Source: Phycisphaerae bacterium
GTDB lineage: Bacteria > Planctomycetota > Phycisphaerae > UBA1845 > Fen-1342
DNA length: 64,000 bases
NCBI GenBank assembly: GCA_963666925.2
Contig: CAXXTC010000003.1
Coordinates: 37,439-101,438, forward strand
Reading direction: 5' to 3'
Part shown: one piece after another, positions 1-9,393 of the stretch
Layout of the letters: each line of letters opens with the position of its first letter
Position numbering within the stretch: position 1 is the stretch's first letter
The notes under the pieces: generated by a model
What the model was told of the DNA's origin: nothing
The model's input: only the letters and a program-made list of their open reading frames with translations
Database searches by the model: none
Position numbers and translations under genes: made by a program

Positions 1-50
1 TAGCCGGCCTGCGCCCGGTCACCAGATTCTGCGCTACCAGGAAAGGCAAA

Positions 51-1277
51 GTGGCCAAGAAGAAAACGACCAGGAAGAAGACCACCGCGGCAAAGGCCGC
101 TGACAAAAAGAGCGCGAGCAGCGCTACTCCCACCAAGCCGCGCCGCGGCCGGCACGACCGGGCCGCGGCTGGCGAGCGCATCATCAGCGTCGCCAAATCC
201 ATCGTCCAACTCGTCCACCAGCGGCACGATCCCTACATCGACATCCCCTCGCGCACGCTGAGCAACGTGCGCTTCAACGAAAAGAAACGCATCATCGAGC
301 TGCTCGACGGCAAGCAGCGCCGCGCCTTCTTCAGCCTGCTCGGCCGGCGCAAGGGCGAGGGCAGCCAGGCCAAGAAGTTCATGCAGACCATCCGCGTAGC
401 CGAGGTCTGCAAGCGGCTCATCGACGCCAACGACTCGACCAGCATTCGTGACCTGTTCTACAACCTCAAGGTCCCGATCAAGTCTGCCAGCGGCAAGAGC
501 AAAGAGCTGATCTTCGGCGACCAGTCCGAATCCGACCCGATCATTGAGGATATCGAGGTCGCGATGGCCGCCCTGCGCGAAGAGCTCGGCGTCCATGCCG
601 AAACCAAAGGCGCCATGGTCGGCCCCATGACCATCATCGACAACGGCGACCGCATCGACCTGTCGGCCATGGGCTCCGGCGGCTGGGCCGTCCCCAGCAT
701 CGTTGAGTCCGAGGTTATCCAGTTCGTCAAGAACAACGCCAAGTTCGTCCTGCTGATCGAGAAAGGCGCCATCTGGCAACGTTTCAACAAGGATCGTTTC
801 TGGGAGCGGCAGAAGTGCATGATCATTCATGGCGGAGGGCAGCCGCCGCGCGGCGTCCGGCGTTTGGTCTTCCGCATGCACGACGAGCTCAAGCTCCCGG
901 TGTACGTCCTGGTCGACAACGACCCCTGGGGCTACTACATCTACAGTGTTCTCAAGCAGGGTTCGATCAATCTCGCGTTCGAGAGCCAGCGCATGGCCGT
1001 CCCCGCCGCGCGTTTCATCGGCATGAGCAGCTATGACGCCGAGCGGTTTGACATACCCGCGCACGTTCCGATGCCGCTAACGCCGGAGGATCGTCGTCGG
1101 GCAAAGGAAATCCGCCAGTACCCCTGGTTCCATAAGCGTGAATGGCAGCGTGAGATCAAGTACATGGAAGCGCTGGGCGTGAAGCTCGAACTGGAAGCGC
1201 TGTCGAACAAGCACTTCAGCTTCATCACCGAGGAATACCTCCCTCGCAAGCTCAAGGACAAACGCTGGCTGGATTAG
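51..1277 (+). CDS. top6A: DNA topoisomerase VI subunit A (Spo11-like)
   Basis: SIRDLFY winged-helix motif with catalytic Tyr, DQSESD, Toprim IEKGA and VDNDPWG (DxD), C-terminal KLELEAL...YLPRK; RBS-like GGAAAGG before the GTG. Confidence 0.9.
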   Translation: MAKKKTTRKKTTAAKAADKKSASSATPTKPRRGRHDRAAAGERIISVAKSIVQLVHQRHDPYIDIPSRTLSNVRFNEKKRIIELLDGKQRRAFFSLLGRRKGEGSQAKKFMQTIRVAEVCKRLIDANDSTSIRDLFYNLKVPIKSASGKSKELIFGDQSESDPIIEDIEVAMAALREELGVHAETKGAMVGPMTIIDNGDRIDLSAMGSGGWAVPSIVESEVIQFVKNNAKFVLLIEKGAIWQRFNKDRFWERQKCMIIHGGGQPPRGVRRLVFRMHDELKLPVYVLVDNDPWGYYIYSVLKQGSINLAFESQRMAVPAARFIGMSSYDAERFDIPAHVPMPLTPEDRRRAKEIRQYPWFHKREWQREIKYMEALGVKLELEALSNKHFSFITEEYLPRKLKDKRWLD

Positions 1278-1360
1278 GGCCGATCGCCGATGTGGCCGAA
1301 ACGACAACTACGCAACCCGTCCGCACGCCGATAGCGGGCGCTGAATGGAGACGAACGCCC

Positions 1361-1813
1361 ATGATTCGCCTCGCCCCCCTCGCACTGACACTGCTCGCCA
1401 GCACACTCCTGACTGGTTGCGAACGCCAGGCACCACCCGCACCGCCGGCCGCGGCCGCCACACACGGCGGTTTCGCCGACATCACGTTTGATCAGGCCCT
1501 GGCGCAGGCCGGCCGCGAGGGCAAGCTGGTCATGGTCGACTTCTATACCACCTGGTGCGTACCCTGCAAAAAGCTGGACGAAACCACCTGGAAGGATCAG
1601 GCCGTGCTCGATTGGCTCGGCAAACACGCCGTCGCATTGCGCGTCGACGCCGAAAAGCAGCGCAACCTGGCCCGCCGCTACCACATCCGGGCTTTTCCCA
1701 GCATGGTGTTCATCAAACCCGACGGCACCGCGGTGCGCAAGTTCGAAGGCTACCTGGCGCCGAAGGGCTTCCTCGACGCCGCCAAGATGGCCAGCGACCA
1801 AGCCGCCAACTGA
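1361..1813 (+). CDS. Thioredoxin-family lipoprotein
   Basis: Lipobox LLTGC after a hydrophobic stretch; VDFYTTWCVPCKKL CxxC; cis-Pro AFPS; start chosen at ATG 1361. Confidence 0.85.
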   Translation: MIRLAPLALTLLASTLLTGCERQAPPAPPAAAATHGGFADITFDQALAQAGREGKLVMVDFYTTWCVPCKKLDETTWKDQAVLDWLGKHAVALRVDAEKQRNLARRYHIRAFPSMVFIKPDGTAVRKFEGYLAPKGFLDAAKMASDQAAN

Positions 1814-1877
1814 CCCCCAACCAGCGCCGGTACTCGTCGGCCGGTGGCCGCGCTCTCAGAATTGGATTGTCCAATCT

Positions 1878-3206
1878 ATGGTTCCGACCAGGAGCGACAC
1901 GCCCGCGACCCCACCACCGCGCAGTCTGGCCGCCCGTCTCGGCTGGCAGCACGTCGGATTCCGCGCCACCAGCCGCGGCCGGGCTCTGATCTCCCTCGCC
2001 CTGCTCCTGCTGCTGCCCTGTCTGGCCGACCAGTTTGCCTTTCAGGCCCGCATGCGCGACCACAACCCCGACCTACTCGGCTGGCTCGCCAACGCCCGTG
2101 ACATACAAACAAGCTCCCCCCAAACCTTCTACCGCGACAACCCGTTCTACATCTACCCGCCATTCTTTCTGACGCTCATCGCCCCGCTCACCCACCTCCC
2201 CACGCCCGCGGCAGCCGCCGTGTTCGAAACCAGCAAGTGGATCGCGCTGCTGCTGAGCCTCTGGCTCGCCTGGCGGCTGTGCAGCCCGACCGACGAAGAC
2301 GTGCCGCCCATCGTCGCCCTCGGCAGCCTCATATGCACCTGGCGTTTCTTCGACAACGACCTCGGCATGGGCAACATCAACATCCTGCTCCTGGCCGTCA
2401 TCCTCGCCGGCATATATCTCGCCGGTCGCCGACAACACCTCCTCGCCGGTGCACTCATCGCCGTCGCCGCCAGCATCAAGGTCACACCCGCACTGATCCT
2501 GGTCTACTTCCTCTACAAACGCTGGTGGAAAACGCTGCCCGGCGCACTTATCGGGCTGGCCATTTGTCTGATCATCTGGCCCGCCCTCTGGTTCGGCTGG
2601 GAGAACAACTGGCACCTGCTGGCATCCTGGTACCACGCCGTCGTCGCCGGCTTCATCGAACACGGCGCCGTCCGCTCCGAACACACCAACCAGGCTCTCG
2701 TCGGCATCATCAACCGCCTCTTCGGCCCGCACGTCGGCATCCTCAGCGGCCGCGGCGAAGACGTCTACCTGACCATCATCAACCTGCCGCCGTTCGCCCG
2801 CGACCTGCTGCGATTGCTGCTCGCCGGAGGCATCGTCGGCGGATTGGCCTGGACCTGCCGCCACGCCGTTCGCCCGCGCGAGAATCCGCTCGGCTACGCC
2901 GCCGAAATCAGCCTCGTCCTCATCGCCATGTTGCTGCTGTCCGGACTTTCCTGGAAAGCGCACTTCGTGACCATGACCCTGCCCTACTCGGTGCTGCTGG
3001 CCTATCTCGCCGATCGGCGTTACTCGCCCGGGCCGAGTCGCACCGTCGGCGTACTGCTGCTGGCATCGTTCGCTCTGGGCACACTCACCAGTGACATCAT
3101 CACCCCGCGCGGAGCCGACTGGGCCGAGGCGCTCGGACTGATCGCCCTGGGCGCCATAGCAGCAGCAGCCGGGCTGTGGCGCATCCGCCAGGCGCTCCGC
3201 CCGTAA
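1878..3206 (+). CDS. GT87/DUF2029-like membrane glycosyltransferase (GT-C fold)
   Basis: YIYPPFF, GNINILL, AASIKVTP, NQAL and SWKAH motifs; many TM segments; the 1488-1877 part of the listed ORF overlaps the thioredoxin gene and is spurious. Confidence 0.8.
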   Translation: MVPTRSDTPATPPPRSLAARLGWQHVGFRATSRGRALISLALLLLLPCLADQFAFQARMRDHNPDLLGWLANARDIQTSSPQTFYRDNPFYIYPPFFLTLIAPLTHLPTPAAAAVFETSKWIALLLSLWLAWRLCSPTDEDVPPIVALGSLICTWRFFDNDLGMGNINILLLAVILAGIYLAGRRQHLLAGALIAVAASIKVTPALILVYFLYKRWWKTLPGALIGLAICLIIWPALWFGWENNWHLLASWYHAVVAGFIEHGAVRSEHTNQALVGIINRLFGPHVGILSGRGEDVYLTIINLPPFARDLLRLLLAGGIVGGLAWTCRHAVRPRENPLGYAAEISLVLIAMLLLSGLSWKAHFVTMTLPYSVLLAYLADRRYSPGPSRTVGVLLLASFALGTLTSDIITPRGADWAEALGLIALGAIAAAAGLWRIRQALRP

Positions 3207-3226
3207 CCCAGCCACCCACAGCCCAA

Positions 3227-3249
3227 GTGGGGCGGGCGTCTCGCCCGCC
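3227..3249 (+). repeat. REP-like GC-rich palindrome (GTGG-GGCGGGCG-TCT-CGCCCGCC)
   Basis: Perfect 8-bp inverted repeat preceded by a GTGG tetranucleotide in the GT87-rph spacer; only one copy seen. Confidence 0.4.
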
Positions 3250-3300
3250 AAGCCCACCTCAACGTTGCGTCCACCCCGGCATCATGCTACGAATGCGCCC

Positions 3301-4029
<729 letters not shown>

Positions 4030-4032
4030 AAC

Positions 4033-4926
4033 ATGCGCCGGCGCTGCTCGAAAACCTGCGGACTATTCGTACTCCCGGCCACGCTGCTCGTACTGCTGAC
4101 CGCGTGTGAAACGCCCGGCGGCGGCGGCGGCTTCGGCCAATTGGGCGTCCACCAGGGCGACGAGGAAATCTGGGCTATCAATTGCCTTACCTTGCAGGGC
4201 TTCCAACGGCTCGAAAACGCCCAGGCCTACGCCGCCGCCCTCAAAAAAGTTGCCGGCCTCAAACCAAAACTCGTCCAAATCATCAGCGATGCCGACGGTA
4301 CCAGCGTGTACTACGGACGCTATCGCCGCATTTACGGCACCGACGCCAACGACGAGCCTTACCGCCCCGACCCACGCACCGACCTTGAAACCATCCGCGG
4401 GCTGATGATGCAACTCGACGGCCAGAACGTCTGGCCGTTCATGCTCGCCTCGATGGAGATGCTGCCGACCTTTCAGAGCGAACATCCGGAATGGAACCTG
4501 AAAGACGCCACCGGCTACTGGGCTCTGCACGTAGGCGTGTTCTACAACACCGAGACCCTGCGCAGCCGACGATCCGCCGCCGAGGAATACTGCCGCGTGC
4601 TGCGCAACCAGGGTGAGGAGGCGTATTTCCACCACGGCGACGTCAACAGCTCAGTCTACGTCGGGACCTATCCGCGCGGCGCCGTCCGGGAGGCGCGACA
4701 CGAAAACCCCTTTGCCGGCACGGTCGAAGTAACCCGCCAGATCGTCTCCAAGCCGCTCCAGGAAGCCCAAAAGCGCTTCCCCTTCAGCCTCCACAACGGC
4801 CACAAGTTCTACGAGATCATCCGCGACCGCCACACCGGTAAGGTCCGCGAGCGCTTGCCGGCTCCATCATTCCTGGTCATCGTGCCGCGTGCCCAACGCG
4901 AGTTGGGCCGCTTCGAGGAGCGATAG
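4033..4926 (+). CDS. Hypothetical lipoprotein
   Basis: Lipobox LLTAC; fits tightly between rph (3-nt gap) and rdgB (1-nt overlap); two internally similar segments (AYAAALKK...TSVYYG and EYCRVLRN...SSVYVG). Confidence 0.7.
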   Translation: MRRRCSKTCGLFVLPATLLVLLTACETPGGGGGFGQLGVHQGDEEIWAINCLTLQGFQRLENAQAYAAALKKVAGLKPKLVQIISDADGTSVYYGRYRRIYGTDANDEPYRPDPRTDLETIRGLMMQLDGQNVWPFMLASMEMLPTFQSEHPEWNLKDATGYWALHVGVFYNTETLRSRRSAAEEYCRVLRNQGEEAYFHHGDVNSSVYVGTYPRGAVREARHENPFAGTVEVTRQIVSKPLQEAQKRFPFSLHNGHKFYEIIRDRHTGKVRERLPAPSFLVIVPRAQRELGRFEER

Positions 4927-5549
4927 TGCCCGCGATCCACCTGCTCCTGGCCACGCGTAACGCCGGCAAAGTCCGCGAGATCCGCCAAATGGTCACCGAC
5001 ACGCCGCTGACCTGGCACAGCCTCGACGAATTCCCCGATGTGCCCGACGCCATCGAAAGCGGCGCGACCTTCGCCGAAAACGCCCGGCTCAAGGCGCTGC
5101 ACTATGCCGCCACCACCGGCCTGGACACGCTCGCCGACGATTCGGGGCTCGAAGTCGACGCTCTGGACGGCGCTCCGGGCGTGCAATCCGCCCGCTATGC
5201 CGGCATGCCCCGCGACGATACCGCCAACAACCGCAAACTCGTCAAAACCCTCCAGAACATCCCGCCCGAACAACGCACCGCCCGCTTCCGCTGCGCGATG
5301 GCACTGGTGCACACCGGCGCGGTCACGCTCGAAAGTGCCGGCGCCGTCGAAGGCGTCATCATCGACCAGCCCCGCGGCTCCAGCGGCTTCGGCTACGACC
5401 CACATTTCCTCGTCGAAGATACCGGACGTACCGCCGCCGAACTGCCACCGGACGAAAAGAACCGGCGTAGCCATCGCGGCCGAGCACTGCGCGACATGCT
5501 CAGGCAAATCGAAGCCCTGTACCGCGAGCTGGGGCTGTGGAGCGCGTAG
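4926..5549 (+). CDS. rdgB: RdgB/HAM1 non-canonical purine NTP pyrophosphatase
   Basis: LATRNAGK, TFAENARLKA, ADDSGLEVDALDGAPGVQSAR, GFGYDP, SHRGRA. Confidence 0.96.
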   Translation: MPAIHLLLATRNAGKVREIRQMVTDTPLTWHSLDEFPDVPDAIESGATFAENARLKALHYAATTGLDTLADDSGLEVDALDGAPGVQSARYAGMPRDDTANNRKLVKTLQNIPPEQRTARFRCAMALVHTGAVTLESAGAVEGVIIDQPRGSSGFGYDPHFLVEDTGRTAAELPPDEKNRRSHRGRALRDMLRQIEALYRELGLWSA

Positions 5550-7180
5550 CCGCCGATTGCGAGCACACTCCCGCCGGGCGACGGCGACGATCGCCCGCAC
5601 ACACCTGGCCCCTCGCCGCCCTGATTCTGCTCGTCACGATCGTAATCAACCAATCGGCCGTGCATTGGCGCAGCAATCTCGTCGACAGCCACCTCTTCGG
5701 CTACTACGGCTGGTGCGTCTCCCACGGAGCCGTGCCTTATCTCGATATCTGGGACAACAAACCCCCTGGCATCTGGTGGCTGAACGCGGCCGCCATGACA
5801 CTTCTCGGCCCATACCTGAAAGCCGAAATCGCCCTGACCGCGCTCGCGCTGCTAGTCACACTGCTCGCGCTGACGGCGACCGCCACCCGCATCTATGGCC
5901 GGGCGCTGCTACTACCGGCCTTGCTGGCCAGCGCGATCCTGCTCACCGACGTGCGTTTTGAATGTGGCAGCAACCGCACCGAAACCATGGTCGTCGCGGC
6001 CGAAGCGCTCGCCATCCTGGGCTATGTAAGCTGGCTGCGCAGACGTCGATTTCGCTGGCTCCTGCTGGCCGGACTGGCAGCCGGCGCCGCCCCACTCTGC
6101 AAACAATCCGGCGCCGCGGCAGGCCTGGCCTGCGGCCTGCACCTGCTCTGGCTCCAAGTCAGCGCCTGGCGCCAATCGGCCCCAAAACCCGCCGGACAGA
6201 TAAACAAATGGTCGCTACCCGTGCTGGTTGGGGCAGCGCTCATTGTGCCGGCCGCTACGACCATCGCGCTGGCCGCCCAGGGTGCACTCGGCGCGGCCCT
6301 GTTCGCCGTCGGCCGCTTCAACCGCGCCTATTTCGCCGTCGATGACGCCAGTTGGATCCACGTCGGCCGCGCTCTGGATATCTACCGCCCCGTCCTCGAC
6401 AACATCCTCCCCGCCCTCGCCATCGCCGCTCTCGGCCTGCTCTGGTCCATCGGCCGATTGCTGTTCATTCGCCGCTCGAGCAGCCCGCCGCACCGTGGCG
6501 TCGGCGTTATCCTGCTATGGTTCCTGCTGGCCGCGTACCTCGCCTGTGTCGCCCCCGGACGACGCGGCCACCATTTCATGCCCGCCCTGGCCCCGCTCGC
6601 TCTGCTCACACTCCTGCCGCTCCGAAACGCCCTCCACCGCGCCCGCTGGCACTTGACGCTGATCAACCGCCCCGCCGTCGGCCTCATGCTCGTCACGTGG
6701 GTTTACCTGCTCGCCGCCCAGTTCGCGGACAGCCTGCCCGAGCTGCGCCAATGCTGGTTGCGCAAACCGACCTGGTACGCCCTCAACTATCGAACGACAA
6801 CCGACTATCAGCGCCAGGCTGACACCATCCGCCTGCTCACCGAACCCGACGAACGCATCTATGTCTGGGGCTGGAATCCCGGCGTCTATCGCCATGCCCG
6901 CCGCCTGCCGACCACACGCTACGCCACCCTCGAAAAACTCGGCCAGGTCGCCCCACACGCCGACTTCATCTTCACCAGCGTCTGCGGCGCCCTCCGCCAG
7001 CACCCGCCGCGCCTGTTCGCCATCTCCCGCTACGAACACCAACGGCTCCGCGGCCCGGACGATTTCGCCGGCTGGGTCGAGCAAACCTATATGCTGGTCG
7101 ACACCGTCGCCGGCCTCGACCTCCTCCTGAGAATCGACGACGACCTACCCGCCTTGGACAAGCCGCATCAGCGCCGCTAG
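5537..7180 (+). CDS. GT39/ArnT-like integral membrane glycosyltransferase
   Basis: N-terminal TM then D-containing loop, PYLDIWDNKPPG, KQSG, many TM helices, C-terminal IYVWG soluble domain. Confidence 0.7.
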   Translation: MERVAADCEHTPAGRRRRSPAHTWPLAALILLVTIVINQSAVHWRSNLVDSHLFGYYGWCVSHGAVPYLDIWDNKPPGIWWLNAAAMTLLGPYLKAEIALTALALLVTLLALTATATRIYGRALLLPALLASAILLTDVRFECGSNRTETMVVAAEALAILGYVSWLRRRRFRWLLLAGLAAGAAPLCKQSGAAAGLACGLHLLWLQVSAWRQSAPKPAGQINKWSLPVLVGAALIVPAATTIALAAQGALGAALFAVGRFNRAYFAVDDASWIHVGRALDIYRPVLDNILPALAIAALGLLWSIGRLLFIRRSSSPPHRGVGVILLWFLLAAYLACVAPGRRGHHFMPALAPLALLTLLPLRNALHRARWHLTLINRPAVGLMLVTWVYLLAAQFADSLPELRQCWLRKPTWYALNYRTTTDYQRQADTIRLLTEPDERIYVWGWNPGVYRHARRLPTTRYATLEKLGQVAPHADFIFTSVCGALRQHPPRLFAISRYEHQRLRGPDDFAGWVEQTYMLVDTVAGLDLLLRIDDDLPALDKPHQRR

Positions 7181-7215
7181 CATTTATCAGGCGGGTCCGT
7201 CCGTGAGGAGTTCCA

Positions 7216-7521
7216 ATGCACTTGCAACAGCAAGACGCCGGCCAAATCGAGCTGACCGTCGACCTGAATCAGCTCAAGCGGATCTACACCGCTCTGTTCT
7301 GCCGGCTGCAAACCGGCGGCTGCACTTCCTTCGAAGACCTCGACCAGGACGACATGCTCCTGCAAATTCAGGAGCATCTTCAGCAACAGGCCGCCCGCCA
7401 GGGTATCGACTGCACTGATCACGCCGCGTGGGAAGCGTTTCTGGGTATATCCCACCCGCCCAATTGCCCACGCCGCGGAGCCAAACACCCGGCCGGCGCC
7501 AAGGACACATCAACAGACTGA
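7216..7521 (+). CDS. Small hypothetical protein
   Basis: GAGGAG RBS, fills the gap before coaD, typical codon usage. Confidence 0.65.
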   Translation: MHLQQQDAGQIELTVDLNQLKRIYTALFCRLQTGGCTSFEDLDQDDMLLQIQEHLQQQAARQGIDCTDHAAWEAFLGISHPPNCPRRGAKHPAGAKDTSTD

Positions 7522-7525
7522 TCAC

Positions 7526-8059
7526 ATGCCCCAAAAGACCAACCACACCATCGCCGTCTATCAAGGGTCGTTCGACCCGGTGACTTATGGCCACCTCGAC
7601 ATCGTCAGACGAGCAGCCACGCTGTTCAACGAACTGATCGTCGGCATAGGCGTCAACCCCGACAAGCAGCCGCTCTTTAGCCCCGAAGAGCGGCTCGACA
7701 TGCTGCGCCCGCACATCGCCGAGCTGTCCAACGTCCGCGCCGCCACCTACAGCGGCCTGACCATCGACTTCGTCCGGCAATGCGGCGCCCAGGTACTGCT
7801 GCGCGGCATTCGCGACATGGCCGACCTCAACAAAGAGGTCCAGCTCGCCAACCTCAACCAACTCGTCGGTGACGTCGAAACCATTTTCATGCTCGCCAGC
7901 GATCAGCACGTGCTAACCTCCAGCACGTACATCAAGCAGATCTACGAGATGGGCGGCGGCGACCTCGCACGCATCTCCCAACTCGTCCCGCCCAACGTCG
8001 CCGAACGACTAGGCGAACGACTGGAAAACATTCCCCGCAGCGAACCTCACGAGGAGTAA
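7526..8059 (+). CDS. coaD: Pantetheine-phosphate adenylyltransferase
   Basis: IAVYQGSFDPVTYGHLDI, NPDKQPLFS, LLRGIR, ETIFM, TSSTYIK. Confidence 0.95.
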   Translation: MPQKTNHTIAVYQGSFDPVTYGHLDIVRRAATLFNELIVGIGVNPDKQPLFSPEERLDMLRPHIAELSNVRAATYSGLTIDFVRQCGAQVLLRGIRDMADLNKEVQLANLNQLVGDVETIFMLASDQHVLTSSTYIKQIYEMGGGDLARISQLVPPNVAERLGERLENIPRSEPHEE

Positions 8060-8064
8060 CACAC

Positions 8065-9345
8065 ATGTCCGGGCCCCTTCCGCGTCGCGCCCCCCGCCTG
8101 CGACCGGCGGCGGCGCCGCCACGTGTCGTTCTGCTGTGGATTATTATCATCATCGTGGCCGCCACGGCAGCCTACCTCGTCGCCCCGCGGGTGCTGCCAG
8201 CACGAATCGTCGAAGGCCCACTCGTTCAGATGACTGCGGCCGACGGTGCCACGCTCGTCTGGTATACCTCGCGACCCGCCGACTGCACCGTGCACTATCA
8301 CAGCGGCACAACCGAGCAGAAGTTGTCTGCGGAGAGCGACGGCCGGCGCCAAAGCGCCCACATCTCCGGGCTCCAGCCCGCAACCGCCTGCTCCTACCAA
8401 ATCTTCATCAACCAGAAAGATATCTCCGACGAATTCACCTTCCGCACCGCCCCACCCGTTGGAGCCGACAAGTGCCGCTTCATCGTCTTCGGCGACAGCG
8501 GACGCGGCACCAAAGCCCAGTACGACATCGCCGCGGACATGACCAGAACCGCCCTCGGCGACACCCCCGTCGACTTCCTGCTCCACACCGGCGACCTCGT
8601 CTACAACGACGGCGAACGATCGAAATACAGCGACCGCTTCTTCACGCCCTATCGCCACATGCTCGCCCGCATGAATTTCTGGCCCTGCGCCGGCAACCAC
8701 GACCTCGGCAACACCAAAGACGCGGCCGCCTACCGTGAAGTCTTTGACATTCCCAACAACGGCCCACCCGGATTGCCCGCCGGCCTCAATTACTGGTTCG
8801 ACTACGCCAATTGCCGCTTCGTCGTGATCGACTCCAACGTCGCCGCCGACATTATGCGTGACGTAACCGCCCCGTGGCTCAGCGCAACGCTACAAGACTG
8901 CCCCGCCACCTGGAAATTCGTCGCGCTGCACCACCCGCCCTACACCGGCGGCAAGTATGCCCCCGACCTCGACGTGCAACGCAACCTCGTGCCTGTCTTC
9001 GAACAGGTCGGCGTCGACCTGGTCTTCTGCGGCCACGACCACTCCTACCAGCGCACCAGCCCCATCCGCGCCGGACAGATCGACGAAGCCGGCATCATCT
9101 ACATAATAAGCGCCGCCGGTGGCGCCCGGCTCTACCAGCCGCGCGGTAAGCGCCCCGACTACATCGCCGTCCACGACTGGCAGCACTACAGCTTCACGAC
9201 CGTCGACGTAACCGGCCCCAAGCTGGCCCTGCGACAACACGCCCCCGACGCCGGCATCATCGACGAGCTGACGATAGAAAAGCCCGCCATGCCGGAATCC
9301 CAACCCGCCACGCCGACGACCCAGCCGATCAACACCGCGCCATAA
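8065..9345 (+). CDS. Purple acid phosphatase-like metallophosphoesterase with N-terminal FN3-like domain
   Basis: N-terminal TM; GDSG, HTGDLVY, GNHD, HHPPY, GHDHSYQR metal motifs. Confidence 0.9.
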   Translation: MSGPLPRRAPRLRPAAAPPRVVLLWIIIIIVAATAAYLVAPRVLPARIVEGPLVQMTAADGATLVWYTSRPADCTVHYHSGTTEQKLSAESDGRRQSAHISGLQPATACSYQIFINQKDISDEFTFRTAPPVGADKCRFIVFGDSGRGTKAQYDIAADMTRTALGDTPVDFLLHTGDLVYNDGERSKYSDRFFTPYRHMLARMNFWPCAGNHDLGNTKDAAAYREVFDIPNNGPPGLPAGLNYWFDYANCRFVVIDSNVAADIMRDVTAPWLSATLQDCPATWKFVALHHPPYTGGKYAPDLDVQRNLVPVFEQVGVDLVFCGHDHSYQRTSPIRAGQIDEAGIIYIISAAGGARLYQPRGKRPDYIAVHDWQHYSFTTVDVTGPKLALRQHAPDAGIIDELTIEKPAMPESQPATPTTQPINTAP

Positions 9346-9393
9346 CAGCACTTAATCATCCGCGCCAGCAACGCCCCCTATCACGTCAACCGC

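Noticed and set aside
1488..1877. N-terminal extension of the GT87 ORF
   Set aside because: Overlaps the thioredoxin gene in another frame; low-complexity translation
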